NCBI GenBank assembly: GCA_040752415.1
Contig: JBFMGU010000142.1
Coordinates: 1 to 27,464, forward strand
DNA length: 27,464 nt
Source of the DNA: Myxococcota bacterium
GTDB taxonomy: Bacteria; Myxococcota; JACRCW01
Reading direction: 5' to 3'
The notes beneath the pieces are model-generated. The model did no database searches, had not been told where the DNA came from, and worked only from the letters and a program-made list of their open reading frames with translations. Positions 16,955-24,652 of the stretch are shown in pieces (position 1 is the first letter of the stretch; each line of letters opens with the position of its first letter). Made by a program: the position numbers and the translations under genes.

Positions 16955-17398
16955 ATGGCAACCCTCAAGGAGAAGCTGTTGGCCCCCGGCGTGCGCCCGC
17001 GCGTGCTGGATGACTGCGTGCGCGTGATCGAGCAGGAGGTGGACAGCAAGGGTGGACTGACCGGCCTGGCCATCAAGGGCGCGTACACCATGGTCAAGGC
17101 GGTGAGCCCCACCATCATCCGCGAGAGCATGGATGGCCTGCTGGATGACTTCACCGCGCGCCTGGAGCCCTTCTACGCGGAGCACCAGAGCGCCGGCGGT
17201 GGGCAGCCGCTGCGGCAGTTCCTGACCTCGCGCGCGGGCCAGGTGGCCAACGCGCTGCTGGGCATCACCGACGACCGCGCGCGTCGCGCCAGCGGTACAC
17301 TCAAGAGGGCCTACGAGAAGCTGCGTCCCACGGGCCAGAAGCACGTGGAAGAGGCGGTGCCGCGCATTGCGGACCTGCTCCAGAAGCACGCCGGCTGA
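16955..17398 (+). CDS. Conserved hypothetical protein (DUF6918-like)
   Basis: AAGGAG upstream of ATG 16955; EVDSKGGLTGLAIKGAY, LLDDF...LEPF, VANALLGITD and YEKLRP...KHVEEAVP match my recollection of this family. Confidence 0.75.
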   Translation: MATLKEKLLAPGVRPRVLDDCVRVIEQEVDSKGGLTGLAIKGAYTMVKAVSPTIIRESMDGLLDDFTARLEPFYAEHQSAGGGQPLRQFLTSRAGQVANALLGITDDRARRASGTLKRAYEKLRPTGQKHVEEAVPRIADLLQKHAG

Positions 17399-17399
17399 C

Positions 17400-18275
17400 T
17401 CATTCCTCCAGCAGCTTCAGCAGGGAGGGCAGGCGGCTCTCCCCGTCGGCGGGGAAGAGTCGGCCCAGCATGTAGCGCGCGCGGTTCTCCCCGTCCGCGG
17501 CGTAGACGGCCCGGCCGTACGCGCTCAGGTACGTGATGGCGTCGTACAGCAGGCGGTGCAGCGCCATGGCGCGCAGCTCCGTCTCCTCCTCCGGCGCCTG
17601 CGTGGCGGGCAGCTTCCAGGCCGCTTCCAGCTCCAACGTGGCGTGCTCCAGCGCGGTGAACAGCGTGTGCGCGTGCGCGGGGTCATCCCACTTGTCCGCG
17701 CGGCGACGTCCCGCCTGCACCACGTGGAACAGCTGCACCACCAGCCCCGACTCACTCCATGGCACGCGGGAGAGCTCGAACAGGCGCAGCGGTCGCCCAC
17801 ACGCCTCCGCGCGGTCCAGCACGGCGCGCAGCGCGGTCACGGCGTTGGCCAGCGCGGCGCGTCCCGCCGCGGTCTGGGTGGAGGCCTTGCGCGCCCGCAC
17901 CTTGGACTCCCGGGGTTCCGACTCCAGCATCCGGGTCAGCACGTCCAGGTAGTCGAACGCGCGCGCGTTGATGGGCGTGCGGTTGGCGGCGAACGCCGGC
18001 AGATCCGCGCGGGCCAGCCGGAGGTGCTCGGCTTCCGCGAGCAGCGGCTCACGGGGAATGCGCGCGAAGTCCGCGGGCAGGTTGGGACGGCGGATCCAGC
18101 CCGCAATCAGCCGCTCAATGGCGTCCTCACCAATGGAGCCAACCGGTGGCGAGCCGGTGCGCAGCGCGGCCGAGGGCACCGGTGAAGTGACGACGGTGCG
18201 CGCGACCGGAGCGCGACCCCGACTGGCGGGGCGTTTGGCGGTCTTGCTGCGGGCGAGGGACTTCCGAGCGGCCAT
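17400..18275 (-). CDS. Hypothetical helical protein with basic N-terminal tail
   Basis: Coding-like codon bias; convergent with the previous gene with a 1-nt gap; begins MAARKSLARSKTAKRPASRGR; no recognisable motif; start uncertain (track starts at 18335). Confidence 0.6.
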   Translation of the reverse strand: MAARKSLARSKTAKRPASRGRAPVARTVVTSPVPSAALRTGSPPVGSIGEDAIERLIAGWIRRPNLPADFARIPREPLLAEAEHLRLARADLPAFAANRTPINARAFDYLDVLTRMLESEPRESKVRARKASTQTAAGRAALANAVTALRAVLDRAEACGRPLRLFELSRVPWSESGLVVQLFHVVQAGRRRADKWDDPAHAHTLFTALEHATLELEAAWKLPATQAPEEETELRAMALHRLLYDAITYLSAYGRAVYAADGENRARYMLGRLFPADGESRLPSLLKLLEE

Positions 18276-18579
18276 GACGGACCCCAGGGGCTGGACCCCG
18301 GACGGCGGGTGATCTGCGGTGTGCATCCTGACCACGTGTGCGCGCAGGAGGGAAGGGGACGTTGCACCACCCGCTGCGCATTCCCGGCGTGGTGCGACAA
18401 GGTGCGGTACGCCGGTTGGGCGTCACCACGGAATTGGTGTCGTGGATTAGTGCCGGCTAGACTGCCCGCCGCTTCGTCGGGTGCGGGTGACGTGCAGAAT
18501 TCCGTTTCCCGTGATGGTTGGCCCCTGGAAGCAATGGCCCGGGACGACCGCGGATTGGTCGTGCGGCGTGGAGGTGCGG

Positions 18580-20112
18580 ATGAATTCGCGGTCACGGTTT
18601 TCCCTGGTGTGCGCAGGGCTTCTCGGGTTGGCGCTGACGGGTTGTGACGCCGCGCTGGGCGTGGACCTCTGCAACAAGCTCTGCGACGTCCAGGATGACT
18701 GCGGCTCCGACCTCACCTGCACCAACGGTCGCTGCACCGGTGCGCAGTGCGAGACCATCACCGGCACCGGGGACGGCGACGCGGGCAACGTGCTCAGCGG
18801 TTCCAGCAGTGGCGTGGTGAGCGGCAGCAGCAGCGCCTCGTCGGGGAGCTTGTCGTCGTCGTCGTCGTCGAGCGCGTCCTCCTCGGGGGCGCCTTCCTCC
18901 AGCGTGTCATCCTCGTCGGGAACGCCGGGATCCAGCGCGTCGTCGTCCAGCTCCAGCGGGGCCAACGGCAGCAGCTCGTCGTCCTCCGGCGGGGGAACGG
19001 GGAGCAGCAGCACCTCCGCGTCCTCCGGTGCTAGCACGAGCACCAGCAGCACCGGCGGGCCCTCCACGTCGTCGGCGAGCACGGGTGGGTCTTCCTCGTC
19101 GTCGGGCTCGGTGACGTCCAGCTCGTCGGCTTCCTCGTCGTCTTCCTCGTCTTCGTCGTCGTCGAGCAGCAGCAGCTCCTCCAGCTCCTCCGGAGGCCCC
19201 AACCCGTGTGAGGGCGATGGTGGCTTCCTCCCCGAGGGCAGCCCGTGCGGAACGGGCCAGGTGTGTGACGCCAACGGCACCTGCGTGGTGGCCTGCTTCA
19301 TTGGCGGGGCGCTCGTGGCCGACGGAACCACGAACCCGGGCAACGTCTGCCTGGAGTGCAACCCGCTGCTGGACACCACGGACTGGTCACCCGCTCCAAA
19401 CACCACCGCCTGCACCGACGGTGACTCCTGCACGCAGCCCGACCTGTGCGACGGCGCGGGCAACTGTGACGGCGCGCCGAAGTGCACGGGGACCACGCCG
19501 CTGTGCGACCCGGTGACCTTCGCGTGCGAGTGCGACGACAGCTCCGGCGACAGCTGCCAGGCGGGGACCACGAACCGTCGCTGCCAGGCTGACGGCGCGT
19601 GCGGGTGCAACGGGGACTCCGACTGCGGACCGGGCGAGCAGTGCGGCGCGAACAACCGCTGCACGCCGTGCAACACGCTGGACGCGTGCGGGAACGATTG
19701 CACGGCGTGTCGTGACCTGCCGCAGACCATTGGTGAAGGGCAGTACTTCGTGTGTACGGACAACGTGCAGGACTCGTCGAATGCGTGTGAGGTCAGGCCG
19801 TGCAATGACCGGGCACGCGCGAACTGCGACGGCGATGACTCGAACCAGTGCGAGCAGGATATCTCGTCGGATCCGGACAACTGCGGCGGGTGCGGGATTG
19901 TCTGCCCGCAGGCCGCCTGTACGAATCACAAGTGTTCCTGCCGCAACAACACCGACGCGGATTGCCCTCGCCCGAACCACCAGTGTCACAACGGGACCAA
20001 CCTGTGTGAATGCGATCCCAACGAGTGTCCACAGGGCTACTTCTGCAATCCCAACCCCGGCGGCGGTGCGCCCCGGGTTGACTACCTCCAGTGCCTCCGG
20101 ACCACGCCGTAG
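18580..20112 (+). CDS. Cys-rich lipoprotein with long poly-Ser/Gly linker
   Basis: GGAGG RBS; lipobox LALTGC; 6-Cys N-terminal module; about 130-aa Ser-rich linker; about 44 Cys in the C-terminal 305 aa, including myxobacterial-type motifs CTDGDSCT..D.C and DPDNCGGCGIVC. Confidence 0.85.
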   Translation: MNSRSRFSLVCAGLLGLALTGCDAALGVDLCNKLCDVQDDCGSDLTCTNGRCTGAQCETITGTGDGDAGNVLSGSSSGVVSGSSSASSGSLSSSSSSSASSSGAPSSSVSSSSGTPGSSASSSSSSGANGSSSSSSGGGTGSSSTSASSGASTSTSSTGGPSTSSASTGGSSSSSGSVTSSSSASSSSSSSSSSSSSSSSSSSSGGPNPCEGDGGFLPEGSPCGTGQVCDANGTCVVACFIGGALVADGTTNPGNVCLECNPLLDTTDWSPAPNTTACTDGDSCTQPDLCDGAGNCDGAPKCTGTTPLCDPVTFACECDDSSGDSCQAGTTNRRCQADGACGCNGDSDCGPGEQCGANNRCTPCNTLDACGNDCTACRDLPQTIGEGQYFVCTDNVQDSSNACEVRPCNDRARANCDGDDSNQCEQDISSDPDNCGGCGIVCPQAACTNHKCSCRNNTDADCPRPNHQCHNGTNLCECDPNECPQGYFCNPNPGGGAPRVDYLQCLRTTP

Positions 20113-20125
20113 TCGAGACGCGCCC

Positions 20126-20911
20126 ATGATGACCTCCCTCTTGTTTATGACGTTGCTCGCCGCGGCTCCCGCCGAGGAGATTCGCCCCGAGATTGCCCAG
20201 AGCGTCCAACAGGCGCAGACGCTCATCCTCGACCTCGAGGAGCAGAAGGCCCTGGACCAGCTTGATGCGTTGACCAAGCAGCAGCTCAGTGCGCCGGAGC
20301 TGGCACTGGTGCAGATGTGGCGTGGCATCGCGTTGATGGGCCTCAACAAGCCCAAGGATGCGCAGGCCGCGTTTGCGCTGGCCCGGGGCTGCAATCCGTT
20401 GATGGAGCCACCGACGGCGAGCGGGCCCAAGGTAGCTCAAGCGTTCAAGAACGCGGACCTTGCGGATTGCCCGGTGGCAACGGCCACGGTGCAACAGCCG
20501 GAGCCCGAGCCCGTCCTGCCCGCTGCGCAGCCGACGAAGCCCGCGCAAGCCGCGCCCGCTCCAGCAGTGCAGCCGGCTGCCGAGGAGGGTGATGGTGGTG
20601 CGCCGCTGCCGATGATGTCGATTGCGGGGATTGGTGTGGCCGCCGCGGCAGCAGTGATTGCGGTGCTCTCCGTGGTCGGCGCGACAAGTGGACTGGCGAT
20701 GCTGATCGCGTCATTCCCCGTGCTCGCGCAGGCCCAGGCGCAGGAGCGCGCGAAGGATGTTCGTCAGGGCGCCCAGATGGCATTGGGATTGCGTATTGGC
20801 GGATTGGCGTTGGCCATCCCGGGCGGATTGGTGGGTTTGATTGGTCTCGTCGGGGTTGTGGCCGGAATCGGCCTGGCCGCGGCGGGCTTCATGATGTCCG
20901 CCGGCGAGTAG
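20126..20911 (+). CDS. Exported TPR-like protein with Pro/Ala linker and C-terminal Gly-rich hydrophobic helices
   Basis: Signal-like MMTSLLFMTLLAAAPA; TPR-like WRGIALMGL...DAQAAFALA...NP...PKVAQAF; PEPEP linker; two long hydrophobic helices; starts 13 nt after the lipoprotein stop. Confidence 0.72.
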   Translation: MMTSLLFMTLLAAAPAEEIRPEIAQSVQQAQTLILDLEEQKALDQLDALTKQQLSAPELALVQMWRGIALMGLNKPKDAQAAFALARGCNPLMEPPTASGPKVAQAFKNADLADCPVATATVQQPEPEPVLPAAQPTKPAQAAPAPAVQPAAEEGDGGAPLPMMSIAGIGVAAAAAVIAVLSVVGATSGLAMLIASFPVLAQAQAQERAKDVRQGAQMALGLRIGGLALAIPGGLVGLIGLVGVVAGIGLAAAGFMMSAGE

Positions 20912-20919
20912 GACGCGGG

Positions 20920-22056
20920 TCAGCGAGATTGGCGCGTGCGCTCCTGACGCGGTGCCGGCGCGGTCTTCCCCAGCACCACGCGTGAGATGTCCGCCACCGG
21001 CACACCCGCCCGACCGAGCTGCAGCTCGCACGTGGGACACGCCGTGACGACGCGCGCCGCCCCTGTCCGACGCAGCTCATCCGTCTCGTGGTGCACCCGA
21101 CGTCGCGCAATGCGCTCCGCCGCTTGCGGTTCCGCGTGCGGGTACAACGCGCCACCACCGCAGCATTCCGCCTTCTCCCGGTTCCACGTGAACTCCACCG
21201 GCGCGCGACCCTCCGCGCGGGCAATCACCGCACGCGGCTCGTCGTAGATGCCGCCGTGGCGACCGAGGTAGCAGGGGTCGTGGTAGAGCGAGGGCTCGTC
21301 GGGGCGCTCCACCTGCTGCACATTGCCCGCGGCCAGCACCTGGGAGACGTGGCGCACCGTGAGCTCCGGGGTCACTCCCACCGCGGCGTAGAGATTCCTC
21401 AACGTGTACGCGCACCCCGGGTCCGACGTCACGATGGTGCCTCGCCCGGCGAGATGGGCCGCCATGCGTCGCGCGTTCTGCACGAAGGCCTGCGTCAGCC
21501 CCGCGGCCCACAGGGGATAGCCACAACACGCCGCGTCTTCTCCCACCGGCGCCACCGCCACCGTCGAGCCCGTGACGCGCTCCAGCGCGGTGAGCGTGTC
21601 CGAGGCGTGGTCGGGGAGACGACGCAGCGCGGTGCAGCCCGGGAAGTACACCAGTGCGCCCTGCTCCGGACGCGCCGGAAGACGCTCGCGCTGCAGCGCG
21701 GCCAGGTCCTCACCAGTGGGATTCCCACTGCGCTCATGACGACGGGACACCTGCTCCGCCACCGGATTGACCCTGGCCGCGGTCGCCGCACCACGCGCGT
21801 GGATGAGCGCACTGGCAACGTCATTGCCCAGCAGGCAGAACTCCGAGCACGCGCCGCAACCGGTGCACGCGTTGAAGAGCGCGCTGGTGTCCTCGTCGAG
21901 CGGGAGACGACCCAGGCGGACCAGGTCCAGCACCGCCATCTTGTTTCCCGGCGTCACCGTCTCACGCGCCTCCGCGTTGGAGACGGGACACGCGTGGCGA
22001 CACATCTTGGGGCAGCCAGCGCAGAGGCTGGTGGCCTGGGCATGGGCTTCAAGCAC
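20920..22056 (-). CDS. Fe-S oxidoreductase subunit (GlpC/GlcF/HdrD-like; two 4Fe-4S motifs plus two CCG domains)
   Basis: CAGCPKMCRHACP, CTGCGACSEFC, YFPGC, ACCGYP, SDPGC, YHDPCYLGR, ECCGGG and TACPTC. Confidence 0.9.
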   Translation of the reverse strand: MLEAHAQATSLCAGCPKMCRHACPVSNAEARETVTPGNKMAVLDLVRLGRLPLDEDTSALFNACTGCGACSEFCLLGNDVASALIHARGAATAARVNPVAEQVSRRHERSGNPTGEDLAALQRERLPARPEQGALVYFPGCTALRRLPDHASDTLTALERVTGSTVAVAPVGEDAACCGYPLWAAGLTQAFVQNARRMAAHLAGRGTIVTSDPGCAYTLRNLYAAVGVTPELTVRHVSQVLAAGNVQQVERPDEPSLYHDPCYLGRHGGIYDEPRAVIARAEGRAPVEFTWNREKAECCGGGALYPHAEPQAAERIARRRVHHETDELRRTGAARVVTACPTCELQLGRAGVPVADISRVVLGKTAPAPRQERTRQSR

Positions 22057-22843
22057 GGGCGGGCCTCGCGGGTGTGGAGCGCAGGGAGAGGGCTTTCATG
22101 ACGTCGGGATGGGGCCAGCTCGCGGCGGGGCGGTAACGCAGCTCCACGGAACGACGCGCGTCTTCCGAGAGCGCGGCGCGACCCTCGGGGTGGACCACTT
22201 GCACCGCGGCAAAATCGGGATTGAGCGCGGAGAGCGTTAGCGAACCCACCATCTGCACGTCGGAGGAGAGGGCACGCCAGAGCTCCGCAGCGTCGGGCCA
22301 GGTCACGCGGAACGAGAGGACGGCACGCGCGGTCACGCGCGGGAAAGGTCTCGTCGACGGAAGAAGCGACGCCAGGGAACGACGGGGAAACGCCGCGACG
22401 AGAGCGCAGGATCCGGCAGCTCGTGCCTCCACCTCGACGAGCGTGCACCCGCGCTCCGTCAGCCGGCGGGCCAGCGCGATGCTCTCGTCCAGGGTGCAGG
22501 ACTCCTGCGCGCCCCAGGCCACCACGTGGTCCGCCCGCAACGTCACGCTGCCCACGAGCGAATGCGTGCCGACCGCGAAGCAGGTGACGTCGGGGCCCAC
22601 CGCCGCACGCGGCGCCAGAGGACCCAGCACGTCCCCCGTGGGACCCTGCACGCGCGCCCTCACGAGTCGTTGGCACAACACCGGGTCCGCCTCCGCGAGC
22701 GCGTCCTCCACCGTCGAGTACAACGCCGAGCGCATGCCGAGGTGGCGCTCCAAGCCCGCGGCCTCGTCGACGAGAGGCTGCAGTGACGCCGCCGCCGGCA
22801 CGCTGACCAGCCCATCTTCCTCGCTCCAGTGCGCGCCGCTCAT
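22049..22843 (-). CDS. Degenerate FAD-linked oxidase-like subunit (GlcE-like)
   Basis: ATG 22843 overlaps the upstream stop (ATGA) and the stop overlaps the Fe-S gene start. APRAAVGPDV..FAVG...VGSVTLR echoes the GPDL..LIGSEG..VTLR segment of the upstream flavoprotein. 264 aa. Confidence 0.62.
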   Translation of the reverse strand: MSGAHWSEEDGLVSVPAAASLQPLVDEAAGLERHLGMRSALYSTVEDALAEADPVLCQRLVRARVQGPTGDVLGPLAPRAAVGPDVTCFAVGTHSLVGSVTLRADHVVAWGAQESCTLDESIALARRLTERGCTLVEVEARAAGSCALVAAFPRRSLASLLPSTRPFPRVTARAVLSFRVTWPDAAELWRALSSDVQMVGSLTLSALNPDFAAVQVVHPEGRAALSEDARRSVELRYRPAASWPHPDVMKALSLRSTPARPARA

Positions 22844-24501
22844 GCGTCCACTCCCGTCAGCCCCAGCACACCGGGGTTCAACACCCCACGCGGGTCCCAC
22901 GCGGCCTTGAGGCCCTGCAACGCGCTCTTCGCCCCCGGGCCCAGCGACGTCAGCAACAGGTCCTTCTTGAGTCGTCCCACGCCGTGGTGATGGCTCAGTG
23001 ACGCGGAATGCGACGAGAACACGCGCATGGCCGCCGCCACCGCCGCGCGGTGCGACTGCTGGCTCTGCTCCAACGTGGTGCCACCGCCGGCGAGCGTGAA
23101 GTAGATGGACGCGCCGTCGGGATAGGCGTGGGAGAAGTGCGCCAGCGTGACGGCGTTTTCCAGCAGCGCGTGCCGTGTCTCCCGGTACAACGACGGCAAC
23201 ACCGACCACGCCGCGCTGACCTCCAGCGTATCCGCCCAACCACCGGCGCGGATGAACGGCGGCATCTTGTAGGTGATGGCATGTCGACGACGGAGCCACC
23301 GTTCCCCCGGCGCCCTCCCAACGACACGTACGCCCGTCTCCGTCGCCAGCTCCAGCGTGCAGGCCAACGCCTCCGTCACGTCCTCCTGGTCTCCCTCCAG
23401 CCCCAGCACGACGAGGCACGACGTGGGAAGGGCCTGGTAGGGAACGCGGAGCCAGTCGGTGCGGTGCAGCGCGGTGCCCACGGCGGCGCGGATGGCGGGA
23501 CTGGCGGCACCGCTGCCCACGGCGTGCTTGAGCGCGGCACGCATCCGACGACCCAGCGCCTCGAACAGCGGCTTCTCGACGGCGTGCGGCGGGTTGTTCC
23601 GCGGCCCGCGCATGAATGGGTACTCGTGGCCCGCCTGGCCGATGCTTCCCGCGGTCACCTCGGGCGGGGCGCTGTCCGACGGGATTCCGCCGGCGATGAG
23701 CGTGTCGGGCGGGTCATACATGCGCATCACCGCCGGGCGCAGGCCGGACTGCATCACGCGACGCATGAAGCGCAGACCGGTTTCCACGTCGGGGGCGGCG
23801 GCGCCGAAGAGGGCGCGGTGCGTGGCAATGGGATGGATGCGCAGCGTGACGCGGGTGATGACCGCCAGCGCACCCTCGGAGCCGATGAGCACACGCAGCA
23901 GGTCCGGCCCGCCGCCGTGGGTGACGCGCACCTGGCGCCCCATCCCGTCGACGGCCTCCAGCGCCACCACCATGTCCTCGATCTTCCCGTACCGGCTCGA
24001 GAGCTGTCCGGCACTGCGGGCCGCAACCCAGCCTCCGACGGTGGAACAGTAGATTGACGACGGAAAATGCCCCGCGGAGAAACCGGCGGCGTTGAGCGCG
24101 CGCTCCAGCCTTTCTCCCAGCACTCCCGCGCCCACCACCACCTCGCGGCGCTCGGGGACGATGCTCACCTCGTCGAGGAGCTTGAGGTCCATCACCGCCC
24201 ACTGGGGTGTTGGCAACGTGCCATGCACCACGCCGCTGCCTGCACCAAACGGTGCCAGGGGCACACCGTGACGACCGGCCTCCCCGACGATCAGCGCCAC
24301 GTCCGACGTGGAAGTGGGCCACAGCACCGCGCCCGGTCCCTCCGGCAACGCACCCTCACGACGCTCCAGGAACGCTTCCGCCGACGCGTCACGCGCGTAG
24401 CCCAGGCGGTCCATGGAACGACGACTGATCCGCACGTGCGGCGCGGCAGCCTGCACCGCGTGGAGGAAGGCCTGGAGTGGCGTGGACGTCGAGGCGGACA
24501 T
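22840..24501 (-). CDS. FAD-linked oxidoreductase (VAO/PCMH family), alkyl-dihydroxyacetonephosphate synthase-like
   Basis: PFGAGSGV..G, GHFPSSIYCSTVGGWVAARSAGQLSSRYGKIEDMV, GPDLLRVLIGSEG, DTLEVSAAWS, AHFSHAYPDGASIYFT, SLSHHHGVG and KAAWDPRGVLNPG. True start about 24501; the track's first 199 codons mostly lie antisense to the next gene. Confidence 0.88.
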   Translation of the reverse strand: MSASTSTPLQAFLHAVQAAAPHVRISRRSMDRLGYARDASAEAFLERREGALPEGPGAVLWPTSTSDVALIVGEAGRHGVPLAPFGAGSGVVHGTLPTPQWAVMDLKLLDEVSIVPERREVVVGAGVLGERLERALNAAGFSAGHFPSSIYCSTVGGWVAARSAGQLSSRYGKIEDMVVALEAVDGMGRQVRVTHGGGPDLLRVLIGSEGALAVITRVTLRIHPIATHRALFGAAAPDVETGLRFMRRVMQSGLRPAVMRMYDPPDTLIAGGIPSDSAPPEVTAGSIGQAGHEYPFMRGPRNNPPHAVEKPLFEALGRRMRAALKHAVGSGAASPAIRAAVGTALHRTDWLRVPYQALPTSCLVVLGLEGDQEDVTEALACTLELATETGVRVVGRAPGERWLRRRHAITYKMPPFIRAGGWADTLEVSAAWSVLPSLYRETRHALLENAVTLAHFSHAYPDGASIYFTLAGGGTTLEQSQQSHRAAVAAAMRVFSSHSASLSHHHGVGRLKKDLLLTSLGPGAKSALQGLKAAWDPRGVLNPGVLGLTGVDA

Positions 24502-24652
24502 GGGTTTCCAAACCGGTACCAGAGACGGAGCGAGGTGCAAGCGTCGGCGTGGGCATCCGTCATTCATCCGGCGCAACCGGCGGCGAACCCAGTAGTTTTC
24601 GCGGCCCCGACGTTTTCGCGGGCTCGGCTCGTGGGTCGGTGCTGGAGGCAGG

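Noticed and set aside
8564..17389. Long alternative-frame ORFs (8564-10750, 10554-12422, 12793-14388, 14792-17389)
   Set aside because: Stop-poor shadow frames typical of high-GC DNA; Arg/Gly/His-rich with no motifs and overlapping well-supported genes.
18447..19880. 477-aa acidic ORF on the - strand
   Set aside because: Antisense shadow of the poly-Ser / Cys-rich lipoprotein.
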